Assembly: GCA_013239625.1 (NCBI GenBank)
Contig: MU054400.1
Location: forward strand, 1,709,345 to 1,773,344
Source: Lama guanicoe
Lineage: Eukaryota
Length of the DNA: 64,000 nt
Direction of reading: 5' to 3'
Shown here piece after piece: positions 1-11,529 of the stretch. Positions within the stretch are counted from its first letter, which is position 1. Every line of letters begins with the position of its first letter. The notes beneath the pieces are model-generated. The model was given only the letters and a program-made list of their open reading frames with translations. It did not search any database and had not been told where the DNA came from. The translations under genes were made by a program, and so were the position numbers.

Positions 1-1361
1 TTCATTTCTAGTGATCGGTTTGTTCAAGTGGTCAGTTTCTTCTTGATTCAGTGTTGGTGGACAGTATGTTTCCAGAAACTTGTCCATCTCCTCTAGGTTA
101 TCCAGTTTGATTCCATATAGTTTTTCATAATATTCTCATATGATAATCTGTATTTCTGTTTTATTTGTTGTAATTTCTCCGTTTTCCTTTCTTGTTTTGC
201 TAATTTGTGCTCTCTCTTTTTTCTTCTTTGTGTGTTTGGCCAGAGGTTTGTCGATTTTATTTACTTTTTCAAGAAACCAGCTTTTGGTTTGGTTGATTTT
301 TTTCTGTGGTCTTGTTAATCTCTATTTTATTTATTTCCTCCCTAATCTTTATAATGTCCTTCCTTCAGCTGCCTTTTTCAGCTTTTTGTTCTTTTTCTAA
401 TTCATTCAGCTGGTGGGTTAAATTGTTTATTTGAGATTGTTCTTTTTTGAGGAAGGCCTGTATCACTATAAACTTCCCTCTTAGCACTGCCTTTGCTGTG
501 TCCCATAGATTTTGAGTGGTAGTGCTTTCATTGTCATTTGTCTCAAGGTATTTTTTAATTTCAGCTTTGATTTCTTCATTGACCCATTGTTTTTTCAATA
601 ACATATTGTTTAATCTCCATGCTTTCCTTTGTTTCTCCTTTGTTTCTCTGTTGTTGATGTCTAGTTTCATGGCATTGTGGTCAGTAAAGATGCTTGAGAT
701 AAATTTCTATCTTCTTAAAATTGTTGAGGTTTCTTTTGTGCCCAAGTACACGATCAATCCTGGAAAATGTTCCATGTGCACTTAAAAGAACGTATAACCT
801 ATTTTTTGGGGGTGTAATGCTCTGAAAATGTCCACCAAATCTAATTTTTCTATTGTAGTATTTAGTTTCTCTGTTGCCTTATTTATTTTCTGTCTGGAAG
901 ATCTGTCTCGTGATGTTAATGTGGTGTTAAAATCTCCAACTATGATTGTATTCCCATCAATATCCCCCTTTATCTCTGTTAGTAATTGTTTTAGGTACTT
1001 AGGTGCCCCTATATTGGGGGCATGTATATTAACGAGTGTAATATCCTCATCTTGTATCACTCCTTTAACCATTATAAGATGTCCTTCATTATCTTTCTTT
1101 ATGGCCTTTGTTTTAAAGTCCATTTTGTGTGAAATCAGTACAGCAACACCTGCTTTTTTGGCTTTTCCATTTGCATGGAATATCCTTTTCCATCCTTTCA
1201 CTCTCAGTCTATGTGTCTTTCTCCCTAAAGTGGGTCTCTTGAATGCAGCATATTGAAGGTTCTTGCTTTATTATCCAGTCTGCTGCTCTATGTCTTTTGA
1301 CTGGAGCATTTAGTCCATTAACATTTACAGTAATTAATGATAGATGTGTGTTTATTGCCAT
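1..1361 (-). pseudogene. L1 ORF2p N-terminus (APE-like endonuclease), disrupted
   Basis: ATG 1361-1359 gives MAINTHLSLITVNVNGLN...ICCIQETHF, then KKAGVAVLIS, NIHAPN, IIVGDFNT and WRLNNMLL; frameshifts near 1211, 782, ~700 and ~375. Confidence 0.92.
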
Positions 1362-1764
1362 TTTGAACTTATTTTTGCAGTTGATTTGGTATATCCTCTT
1401 TGTTCCTTTCTTCTTCCTTTTGTGGTTTGGTATTTTTCCTTTGTGTTATCATGAATTTTATTTAATTTTTGTGACTCCCTTGTAAGTTTTTGGCTTGTGG
1501 TTACCCTTTTTTGTAAATGTATTAGCCCATTACTATAACTGTTTTTATTAAACTGATAGTAACATGATCTCAAACCCATCCTACTGTTAAAAAAATTTAA
1601 AAAAGAAAGAAAAAAAATTCTATATTTCCCTGCCTCCCTCTCCCACTCTCAGTGATTTGTATGTCTTCTTTTATAATTTCGTGTTTTCTTTATTTGTAAT
1701 TCATGAGTTATCACCTTTCCAGTTGTACGTTTCTCATTTCTGTAGCATCCTGCTGCTTTTCTAT

Positions 1765-2667
1765 TTAGAATAGCCCTTTCAATATTTCTTTTAGCATGGG
1801 TTTAGTGTTGCTAAACTCCTGCAGCTTTTTTTTGTCTGTGAAACTCTTTATTTCTCCTTCTATCCTAAAGGATAGCCTTGCTGGATAAAGTATCCTAGGC
1901 TGCATCTTTTTTTCATTCAGGGCTTTGAATATATCTTGCCACTCCCTTCTGGCCTGTAGTGTTTGTGTAGAGAAATCAGCTGAGAGCCTTATGGGGGTTC
2001 CCTTGTAATTCACTCTTTGCTTTTCTCTTGCTGCCTTTAGAATCATTTCTTTATCCTTGACTCTGGCCATCTTGATTATGATATGTCTTGGTGTGGGTCT
2101 ATTTGGGTTCTTCCTGTTTGGGACCCTCTGAGCTTCCTGTACTTGGATATCTGATTCCTTCTTTAAGTTTGGGAAGTTTTCAGTCATGATTTCTTCAAAA
2201 ACCTTTTCAATCCCCTTTGATCCTTCTTCCCCTTCTGGGACCCCTATTATGCGAAGATTGGGACGCTTTATATTATCCCATAGGTCCCTTATGCTATTAT
2301 CATTATTTTTTATTTGCTTATCTTGTAGTTCTTCTGAATGGGTGCTTTCTATTGCCCTGTCTTCTAGATCACTAATTCGTTCCTCTGCATTATCTAGTCG
2401 GCTTTGCACAGCTATTAGATCATTCCTCATCTCTGTCAATGAGTTTACCCATTCTACTTGGCTCTTCTTTATAGCTTCAATTTCATTTTTGACATATTTT
2501 ATATCTCTAAACACTATCTCTTTTAATTCCTTCAGCACTTTGATCACTCCTTTTTTGAAATCTTGATCTAGTAGGCTATCGATATCTATTTCATTGATCT
2601 TTCTTTCAGGGGATTTCTCTTGTTCTTTTAATTGGGAAAGGTTTCTCTGCTTCTTCATCTTGCTCAT
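1765..2667 (-). CDS. L1 ORF1p (RNA-binding protein: coiled coil, RRM, CTD), 300 aa, uninterrupted
   Basis: Motifs RPNLRIIGVPE, PRHIIIK, IRLSADFS, ARREW and YPARLSF; heptad-like N-terminal half. Confidence 0.93.
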   Translation of the reverse strand: MSKMKKQRNLSQLKEQEKSPERKINEIDIDSLLDQDFKKGVIKVLKELKEIVFRDIKYVKNEIEAIKKSQVEWVNSLTEMRNDLIAVQSRLDNAEERISDLEDRAIESTHSEELQDKQIKNNDNSIRDLWDNIKRPNLRIIGVPEGEEGSKGIEKVFEEIMTENFPNLKKESDIQVQEAQRVPNRKNPNRPTPRHIIIKMARVKDKEMILKAAREKQRVNYKGTPIRLSADFSTQTLQARREWQDIFKALNEKKMQPRILYPARLSFRIEGEIKSFTDKKKLQEFSNTKPMLKEILKGLF

Positions 2668-3069
2668 ACCTCTCTGGCACTGTGGTTTATGGAGTATCAG
2701 TTCTCTATTTTGGTCGTTAAGGATTTTATCTATCTAATGCCTTTTCAGGAATTGAACATAGGAAAAAAAGAAAAAAAAATAAGAGAGAGAGAGAAAGAAT
2801 TTTAAAAGAAGGGAGAAAGAGGGTTTGAAAACAGTGTATAATGAATAATAGAAGAGCGAGTTGAAGCCGAGTATTAATCGGGTTGAGACGTCCTTTTAAA
2901 ACCTTTAAAAAAAAGGGGGGGGGGTGAATAGATGTATTTGAAACCTGTGTCTAATCAATAACAGGACATCAAAACCCAAGAGAAATAGAAATGAATTAAG
3001 AAGTAAAAATTAAGAGAGTAATAGAAAATAGAACAGGTAAAAACAGATTTTAAAAAAAGGGGGGGGGGG

Positions 3070-4330
3070 TTGTCGGTGTTCTCCTGGAGTCTGTGTGCTT
3101 TTAATGTGAAGTCTTTCTGTCTTCGTTCTGTTTTGGAAGCTCAGCTTGCTGTTTCCAGAGGCTCTCCGTTGGCGCCCTCATCTGTGCTGCTCCCAGTGCC
3201 TGTGAGCAAGCAGATCGTGCCCCCTCCCAACACTGGGTCAGGTGCAGCTCTCCTCTGCTGTGGGCGGGCGGGTCACTGCCCCTCTAGATGCCGCAGACAG
3301 ATGTTGCCGACTGGCCAGGTAGGAGGGCGAGTTGCGCCCCCTCCCAGCACCGCGGTCAGGGGCTGCGTTCCTGCCTGAAAGGCGGGGGGCCGCCCTCCCT
3401 CTCCTGGCGCCGGTCCCTCCACTGCTATGTGCTGCTGCGCGCTCCACCTCGGGTCGGCAGTCGGCAGGTGGGCTTGGGGAAGACCGAGGGACAGCCTTGT
3501 CCCTGCTCTGGGCTAGAACCCAGCTGCTTGTTTGTCTTGGCGGAGCAAGTTCTCTGAGGGACCAGGATGGAAGGAGCCTATCTGCCTCGGGCTGTAGACA
3601 AGTCTCCTTCTGGCCTTTGAGACTGCTAAGCCCTTAGGTGTGGATGCAGGTTTCGCCCCCGCCTGGATGCTAAGCGCCAGAGGATATAGCGGCTGTGTCT
3701 GAGCCCCGCCTCTTTTCCCCTGAAAACTTTCCGTGGGTTTTCAGAGATGGGGGTATGCACCCTTCCCCCCAGGGCACATCAGCCTTGTTGTTTCATGGAG
3801 GGCCCAGGCTGTTCTGCCCTGTGCACCCACAGCCATGGCGCGCAGCCCCCTGCAGTCCCCCGGGGCTGCCTCCGTGCAGCCGCCCCGTCCTCTGCCCGGC
3901 TTGGGCAGCCTGGCCCTGCCCCCAGCTGCTGGTCTGCGTCTTGGGCTGGGTGTTGCGAGGACCGTCTGTGCCCGTTTAACTCAATTCTGTCGATCAAGGG
4001 CTGGTCTATACAGATCAGAGTCTCGGAGGCTCCCCCTCCATCCCACTGGCCGCTCAGTCGGAGAGGGGAGACCCAGCGAACGAGCGTCAGTTCTCCTTTG
4101 CCGCTCCCTCCTCGCAGAACCCTTCCCGCTCTGCTTTGCCTTTTCTTCTTTCTTTTTTCCTTTTCTCCTGCCAGATTTTTGGCATCTCTGTCTTTTGAAG
4201 AGGGTGATGTTCTGTCGGAGTTCCGCAGGTGCTCTGGTTGGCTGAGTGGGTCTGTGGATGTGGGTCTTGGTGCATTTGTGGGAGAGGGTGAGCTACGGGC
4301 GTCCTTCTACTCCACCATCTTCTCTCTTCT
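3070..4330 (-). promoter_or_regulatory. L1 5' UTR internal promoter, GC/CpG-rich
   Basis: High GC with many retained CpGs upstream of ORF1; position typical of the L1 internal promoter. Confidence 0.75.
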
Positions 4331-5430
4331 CACTGTAGTTTTCTGATTTTTATTATGATTTCTTTTTTGACCCATTGATTATTTAGGAATATGATACATT
4401 AATTTCTACATATTTATAAATATTCTAGATTTCATTTTGTTATTGATTCATAATTCCATTTTATTATAGTCATAAAACATACTTGGTATGATTTCAGTAC
4501 TTCAAATTTATTAAGGCTTGTTTTATAGCTTGACATACTATCTATCCTGTAGAATATTGCATGTGCACTTTGGAAAAAATGTGTACTTTTCTGTGGTTGG
4601 CTGTAGTATTCTAGAAATGACTGTTAGGTTCAGTTGGTTTATGGTGTTAATCAAGTCTTCTATGTCTTTGCTGATCTTCTATCTAATTAATATATCCATT
4701 TTTGAGAGTGGAATACTGAAGACTTTAACTATTACTGTTTACTTTTCCCTGTGTCAGTTTTTGCTTCATGTATTTTGGAATTCTGTTGGAATTCGATGCT
4801 TACATATTTATAGTTGTTATATTTTCTTGATGGATTGACCTTTTATCATAATAAAATGTCTTTCTTGGCCTACAGTAACAATTTCTTTAAAGTTTATTTT
4901 GTCTGATACTAATATAGTCATTCCAACTCTTTTGGCTATTGTTTGCATTGTTTATCTTTTCCCAGGTTTTTACTTTCAACCAGGTTGTCTTTGAATCTAA
5001 ATTGTATTGCCTCTAGATGGCATATAGTTAGATATGCTTTTTATGCCTTTTGCCTAGCCCTGCTAGATTGTTTAGTTCATTTACATTTAGTGTAATTACT
5101 GAAGAGTAGGTTATATGTCTGCCATTTTGCTATTTGCTTTCTATGTGTCTTTCATCTTTTGTGTTTTCCTTTATAAATTACTACCTTCTGGCATTGTAAT
5201 TAGATATTTTCTAGTGTACCATTTTAAATTCTTATTGTTTCTGTTATATTTTTGGAGTTATTTTCTTAATGTTTACTTGGGGGTTAAAATTAACATATTA
5301 ATCTTGAAAGTCTAGTTTCAATTAATACCAACAAATTATCAATTGCCCCAATGTACCTCTGCCTTCTTTATATGTGATAAGCCCCACAAAGGGCCCAGTT
5401 TTATAATTACTGCTTTATGCAGTTGTCTTT
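4331..5430 (-). mobile_element. Old, degraded L1 fragment (ORF2 5' region), host of the young L1
   Basis: Degenerate similarity to the 540-1370 endonuclease-coding sequence. Confidence 0.7.
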
Positions 5431-5739
5431 TTGCATGCTTCTTTATTCCATAGCATTGTTTCTATTGACTTTATTTTTTTAGAGTAGTTTAAGCTTCCAG
5501 TAAAATTAACAAGAAGGTATGGAGATATCCTGTATACCTCCTGCATAACCTTACCCATTATCAACATCCCCCACCAGAGTAGTACATTTGTTACAGTTGA
5601 TGAGCCTACACGGACACATCATAATCACCCAAAGTCCATAGTTTACCTTACAGTTCACTCTTTGTGGTGCACATTCTATGGGTTTGAAAAGTAGTATAGT
5701 AACATGCATCCATTATTGTGGTATCATACAGAGTATTTT

Positions 5740-8700
5740 TTTTAAATAGACTTTTTTAAGAGCAGTTTCAGGTTTACAGCAGAATTGAGCAGAAAATACA
5801 GAGTTCCCACATGGCTCTCCCTACCCACACATATACACTCCCCTACCCACACATATACACTCCCCTACCCTCAGGATCCCTCATCAATGTGGCATACTCG
5901 GTAACAATCGATGAACCAACATGGACACATTATTATCAACCAAAGTCCATAGTTTACGTTAGGGTTCACTCTTGATGTTGTACATTCTATGGGCTTTGAC
6001 AAATGCGTAATGACATGTAGCCACCACTATAGTATCAAACAGAATAATTTCATTGCCCTAAAAATCCCTTGTGCTCCATCTATTCATCCCTCCCTCCCTC
6101 TCTTCCTCTCCCCAAACCCCTGGAAACCACAATCTTATTGTTTCTGTAGCTGTGCCTTTTCCAGAATGTCATTTGGTTGGAATCATACAGTTTGTAGCCA
6201 TTTCAGACTGGCTTCTTTCATTTAGTAGTATGTTTTTTATGTTTCTTCTATATCTTTCATGGCTTGATAGCTCTTTTTTTTCTGCACATATTTTAAATTT
6301 ACATATATGTACTGTTCATTGTTTCTAAGAACATTTAGCACTTTAGCTTTTTAAACTTATAGTTATCGAAGGAATAAAGCCAACCACAAAATAAATTAAT
6401 TGAAAAAGATACATACACCTTGCTATTAATAGCAACATTATTTGTAATTGCCAAGATATGGAAGCAGCCTAAGTGCACATCAATAGTTGAATAGATAATG
6501 AAGATGCAGCATACATATATGTAATGGAATACACCTATAAAAAAGAAGGCTACTTTGCCATTTGAGGCCCTTCATTCATTTTTTTTCACTTCAAAAACCA
6601 GAATTTTATAACCAGCATAAACATTTCCATTACATCAAAAACAACAAAATACCTAGAAATAAACCTAACCTAACCAAGGAGGTTACCTGTACTCTGAAAG
6701 CCAAAATGACACAAAGAAATGGTAAGATTTCTTGTGCTCTTGGATTGGAAGAATCAACACTATCAAAATGGCCACACTACCCAAAGCAATCCACAGATCG
6801 AGTGCAACCCCTGTCAAAATACCCATGATATTCCTCACAGAACTAGAACAAACTATTCCAAAATTTATAAGGAACCACAAAAGACCCCAAACAGCCAAAG
6901 CAGTCTTTTGTCGGTCTTTATTTTTTCTTTCCTCTTTCTTCTTTTTGTTCTCTTTTCTTATGGTTTGATGACTAGAGAAGGTCCTTTAACATTTGTTGTA
7001 AAGCTAATTTGGTGCTGAAATCTTCTAGCTGTTGTTTATCTGTGAAGCTTTTAATTTCTCCATCAAGTCTGAATGAGAGCCTTGCTGGATAGAATATTCT
7101 TGGTTGTAAGTTTCCCCTTTGTATCACTTTAAATATATTGTGGCACTGCCTTCTGGCCTATAGAGTTTCTGCTGAAAAATCAGCTGATAACCTATGGGAG
7201 TTCCCTTATATGTTATTTGTTGCTTTTCTCTTGCTAATTTTAATATTTTCTCTTTATCCTTAATTTTTGTCAACTTGATGACTATGTGCCTTGGTGTGTT
7301 CCTCTTTGGGTTGATTCTCTGCACTGTGTGGTATTCTCTGCTCTTCCAGGACTTGGGTGACTGTTTGCTTTCCCGAGATGGGGAAGTTTTCAGTGATTAT
7401 GTCTCCAAATGTTTTATCAGGTCCTTTCTCTCTCTCTTCTCTTTCTGGGACCCCTATAATATAAATATTAATGTGCTTCATGTTGTCCCAGAGTTCTCTT
7501 AAACTATCCTCATTCCTTTTTATTCTTTTTTTCTGTTCTGAAGTAGTGATTTTCACTAATCTGTTTTTTAGCTTACTGATCCATTCTTCTGCCTCCTTTA
7601 GCCTATTCTTGGTTCCTTTTAGTGTGTTACTTGTTTCAGTGATTTTGTTCTTCAGCTCTGTTTGGGTATTCTTTATATTTTCCAACTCTTTGCTAAAAAC
7701 TTCACTCTGTGCATCTATACTCCTCTTGAGTTCTCTGAACATCTTGGCCATCCTTACTTTAAACTCTTTCTCAGATAAATTGTTTATCTCCTCATCACTT
7801 AGTTCTTTTTCTGGGATTTCATCTTTTGCTTTGGCCTGGGGGATATTCCTTTGCCACCTCATATGTCTTATCTTTCTGTGTGTTTGTGGATTCCTTCCAC
7901 AGGCTTTGGGATTGTTGTTTTCTTATTCCTAGTATCTGTCCCAGGTGGATGAGGCTGGACTAGAGGCTTATGCAGGTTTCCTGGCAGGAGGAGCCAGTGC
8001 CTGCTCACTGCAGGGTGAAGCTTTGTCCTGGACCTCTGGTGGATACAGCTGTGTCTAGAGGCCTTTGTGGCTTAGGAAGTCTGCTGATGGGTGGGTCTGT
8101 GTTCCCACCCTGTATGTTGTTTGGCCTGAGGCTTCCCTACAGATTGTTGGGTGGGGCTAGGTCTTGGTGCTAATGATCCAATCAAGATGTCATCCTCTAG
8201 GAAAGCTCATGGAGATGAACACTCCCAGAATGTCGGCCACCAGCTTTTATGTCCCCTGGGTTAGCTGCAGCCTTCCCCCTCATCCCCAGAAGACCCTCCA
8301 AATCCAGCAGGCAGGCTTGGCCCAGGTGCCTATGAACTCACTGGCTCTGCCCTTGGACCTGGAGCACATGAGATTCCGTGTACGCTTCCCAAGCAAGTGG
8401 GGTCTCCGTTTCCGCCAGTGCCGTGGGGCTCCCGGCACCAAGCCCTGCTGGCCTTCAAAACCAGGTGTCCTGGGGTCTCCTTCTCTTCCCAATGCTGGAA
8501 CCCAAGCTGGGGACCCTGAGGTGGGACTTAGAGCTCTCACTCCTGTGGGAGGGCCTCTGTGAGTTAACTGTTCTTCAGCTTGTGGGTCTCCCACCTGAGG
8601 GGTATGGGGCCCAATTACATTGTGAGCACGCTCCTCCTACCATCTTGCTGTGGTTCTCTCTCTCTGTTTCCAGTTGCAGAAGATCTTTTTTGCTAGGTTC

Positions 8701-8811
8701 CAGTCTTTTTTTTTTTTTTGATGGTTGTTTAGCATTCAGTTGTGGATTTGTTGTAGTCATGAGGAGAGGCAAGCTCGTGGTCCTACCACTCTGCCATCTT
8801 GACTGGAAATC
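5740..8811 (-). mobile_element. TSD-bounded composite L1 insertion: 5' UTR, decayed ORF1, inverted ORF2 piece and patchwork 3' tail
   Basis: 16-bp direct repeat TCATACAGAGTATTTT at 5724-5739 and 8812-8827; the right copy is followed by AA (TTTT/AA endonuclease site); poly-T after the left copy; ORF1 remnants 7124-7862. Confidence 0.8.
5819..5870. repeat. 22-bp tandem duplication (CCCTACCCACACATATACACTC, ~2.4 copies)
   Basis: Read directly from the sequence. Confidence 0.9.
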
Positions 8812-11529
8812 TCATACAGAGTATTTTAATGGTCCTAAAAATTCTCTCTACTCTGCCTATTCATCTTGCCCACCCAAACCTTGGCAATCACTGAAATTTT
8901 TACTGTCTCCATAGTTGGAATAATATGGTATATAACCTTTTCAGACTGACTAATTTCGCTTAGGAGTATGCACTTAAGCTTCATTCATGTATTTTCATGG
9001 CTTGATAAATAATTTCTTTTCAGTGCTGAAGAATATTCCATTATCAGGATGTACCACATTTTATTTATCTATTTACCTAAGGACATCTTGGTTGCTACCA
9101 AGTTTTGGCAATTTTGAATAAATCTGCTATGAACATATATGTGCAAGCTTTTGTGTGGACATAAGTTTTTAACTCCCTTGGGTAAAAACCATGGAGTGTG
9201 ATTGCTGAATCATATGATAAGAGGAAAACTATCTTCCCAAGTGGCTGTACTATTTTGCATTCCCACCAGCAGTGAATGAACATCTCTGTTGCCCCAAATC
9301 CTTGCTAGCAGTTGGTTTTGCCAGTGTTCTGAATTTTGGCCATTCAGACAGTTTTGCATTGGTATCTCATTTTAACATCCATTTCTTTCATGACTTATGA
9401 TGTGGAGCATCTTTTCATATGATTATTTGCAATCTGTATACGTTCTTTGGTTAGGTGTTAAGTCTTTGATTTATTTTTAAATAGATTGTTTTCTTAATGC
9501 TAAGACTAAGAGTTCTTTGTATATTTTGTATACCAATTCCTTATCAGATGTCTCTTTTGCAAATATTTTCTCCCAGTTTGTGGCTTGTCTTTTATTCTCT
9601 TTAGAATGTCTTTCTCAGAGAAGAAGTTTTCAATTTTAATGAAATATAGCTTATTGATTATTTTTTTCCTGGATTTTGCCTTTCGTTTTGTATCTAAAAA
9701 GTCTTCACCATACTCAAGTTGATTTAGGTTTTCTCCTGTATTATCTCCAGAAGTTTTATAGTTTGATGTTTTATATTTGGGTCTGTGGTCTATTTTGAGC
9801 TAATTTTTATAAAGAGTGTAAATTCTCTACCTAGATTCATTTTTTTTTTTGCAAGTGGATGTCCAGTTGTTCCAGTATTATTTGTTGAAAAGACTTTATT
9901 TTATTTATTGTATTGCCTTAGCTCCTTTGTCAAAGATAAGTTTGACTGATTTATTTTGGTCTATTTTAGGGCTCTCTGTTCTGTTCCATTAGGCTATTTG
10001 TCTATTCTTTCACTAGTACCACAGTCTTGATTATTGTAGCTTTATATTAAGTCTTGAAGTCATGTAGTATCAGTCAGCCAATTTTGTTCTTCAATATGGT
10101 ATTGGCTATTCTGGGCCTTTTTTCTCTCCATATAAACTTCAGAATCAGTTTGTTAGTATCATAAAATAATTTGCTGGGATTCTGATTGAGATTGCACTGA
10201 ATCTATAGATCAAGTTAGGAATAATTGACATCTTCACAATACTGAGTGTTCCTATCTGTGAACATGGACTATCTCTTCATTTACTTAGTTGTTCTTTGAT
10301 TCCATTCATCAGTTTGTAGTTTTCCTCATATAGGTCTTATAATATTTTGTTATATTTATACCTATTTTTTTGGGGGGGGGTTGGGTGCTAATGTAAATGG
10401 TAATTGTATTTTTAATTTCAGACTCCACTTGTTCATTGCTAGTATATAGGAAAGCAATCAACTTTTATATTAACCTTGTATCTTGCTTTCTTGCTATAAT
10501 TGCCTATGACTTCTAGGAGGTATTTTTGAATTTTTTCTGCATCTGTTAATATGATACATAATTTTTCTTTTTTGTATGTTTTAAAAAATTAACCCTTATT
10601 GATACTGATTTTTAAATAAATTTTTGTTTTAAAAGTTTTAGATTAAAGAAATACGAAGATACTACTGATTTTTTTTTTTTTGCCTATTGATGTGATGGAT
10701 TATATTTATTGATTTTTGTATGTTGAGCCAGATTTGTGTACCTGGGATAAATCTCACTTGGTTATGATATGTAATTCTTTTTATATATTGTTGCATTAAA
10801 TTTGCTAATATTTTGTTGATGATTTTTACATCTGTGCTCATGAGAGATATTGATGCTTAGTTTTCTTATAATATCTTTGGTTTTGGTATCAGGGCAATGC
10901 TGACTTCATAAAATGATTTAGGAGGTATTAACTCTGCCTCTAAACTCTAAAAGGGATTGCAGAGAATTTGTATAATTTCTTCATTAAATATTTGGTAGAA
11001 TTCACCAGTGAGTCCATCTGGGTCAGGTGCTTTCACTTTTGGAAAGTTATTAATTGTTAATTTGACTTCTTTAATAGATATAGGCCTAATCAGATTGTCT
11101 GTTTCTTCTTCTTTGATGTTTAGCAGATTGTGTCTTCCAAAAAATTTGTTCATCTACCTTATTTAACTTCTGGGCATAAAGTTGTTCATAATATTCCTTT
11201 AACTTTTCAATGTTCATGGGGTTTCTGATGATGTCACCTTTCCATTTCTGGTATCTCCATTCCTTTTATTCTGTAGTTTGTGTCTTCTCTGTTCCTCTCT
11301 GCTTTTTAGTTAGTCTGGCTAGAAGCTTACCAATTTTGTTGATTTTTTTTCCTCCCAAAACTCAGCTTTTGGTTTCATTTACTTTCCTCTATTGATTTCC
11401 TGCTATCAATTTTGTTGATTTCTCCTCTAATTCTTATTTCTTTTCTTGTGCTTATTTTGAATTTAGTTTGCTCTTTTTTGGTCTGTTTTCCTAAGGTGGA
11501 AGCATAGCTTATTAACCCATTTTTTTCAT

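Larger units (their letters stand above)
1..4330 (-). mobile_element. Young LINE-1, 5' portion (5' UTR, ORF1, inter-ORF spacer, ORF2 endonuclease region); continues beyond the left window edge
   Basis: ORF1p and ORF2p motifs in order on the minus strand; GC-rich 5' UTR ending near 4330 (minus: GAGAAGATGGTGGAGTAGAAGGAC), where it abuts older L1 sequence. Confidence 0.95.
5460..11520 (-). mobile_element. Old L1MC/L1MB-type element (3' UTR plus ORF2 remnants), interrupted at 5740-8811
   Basis: L1MC1-like 3' end at 5470-5739 resumes at 8828; ORF2 remnants (KAPDPDGLTGEFYQIF; HCWWECKIVQPL). Confidence 0.75.
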
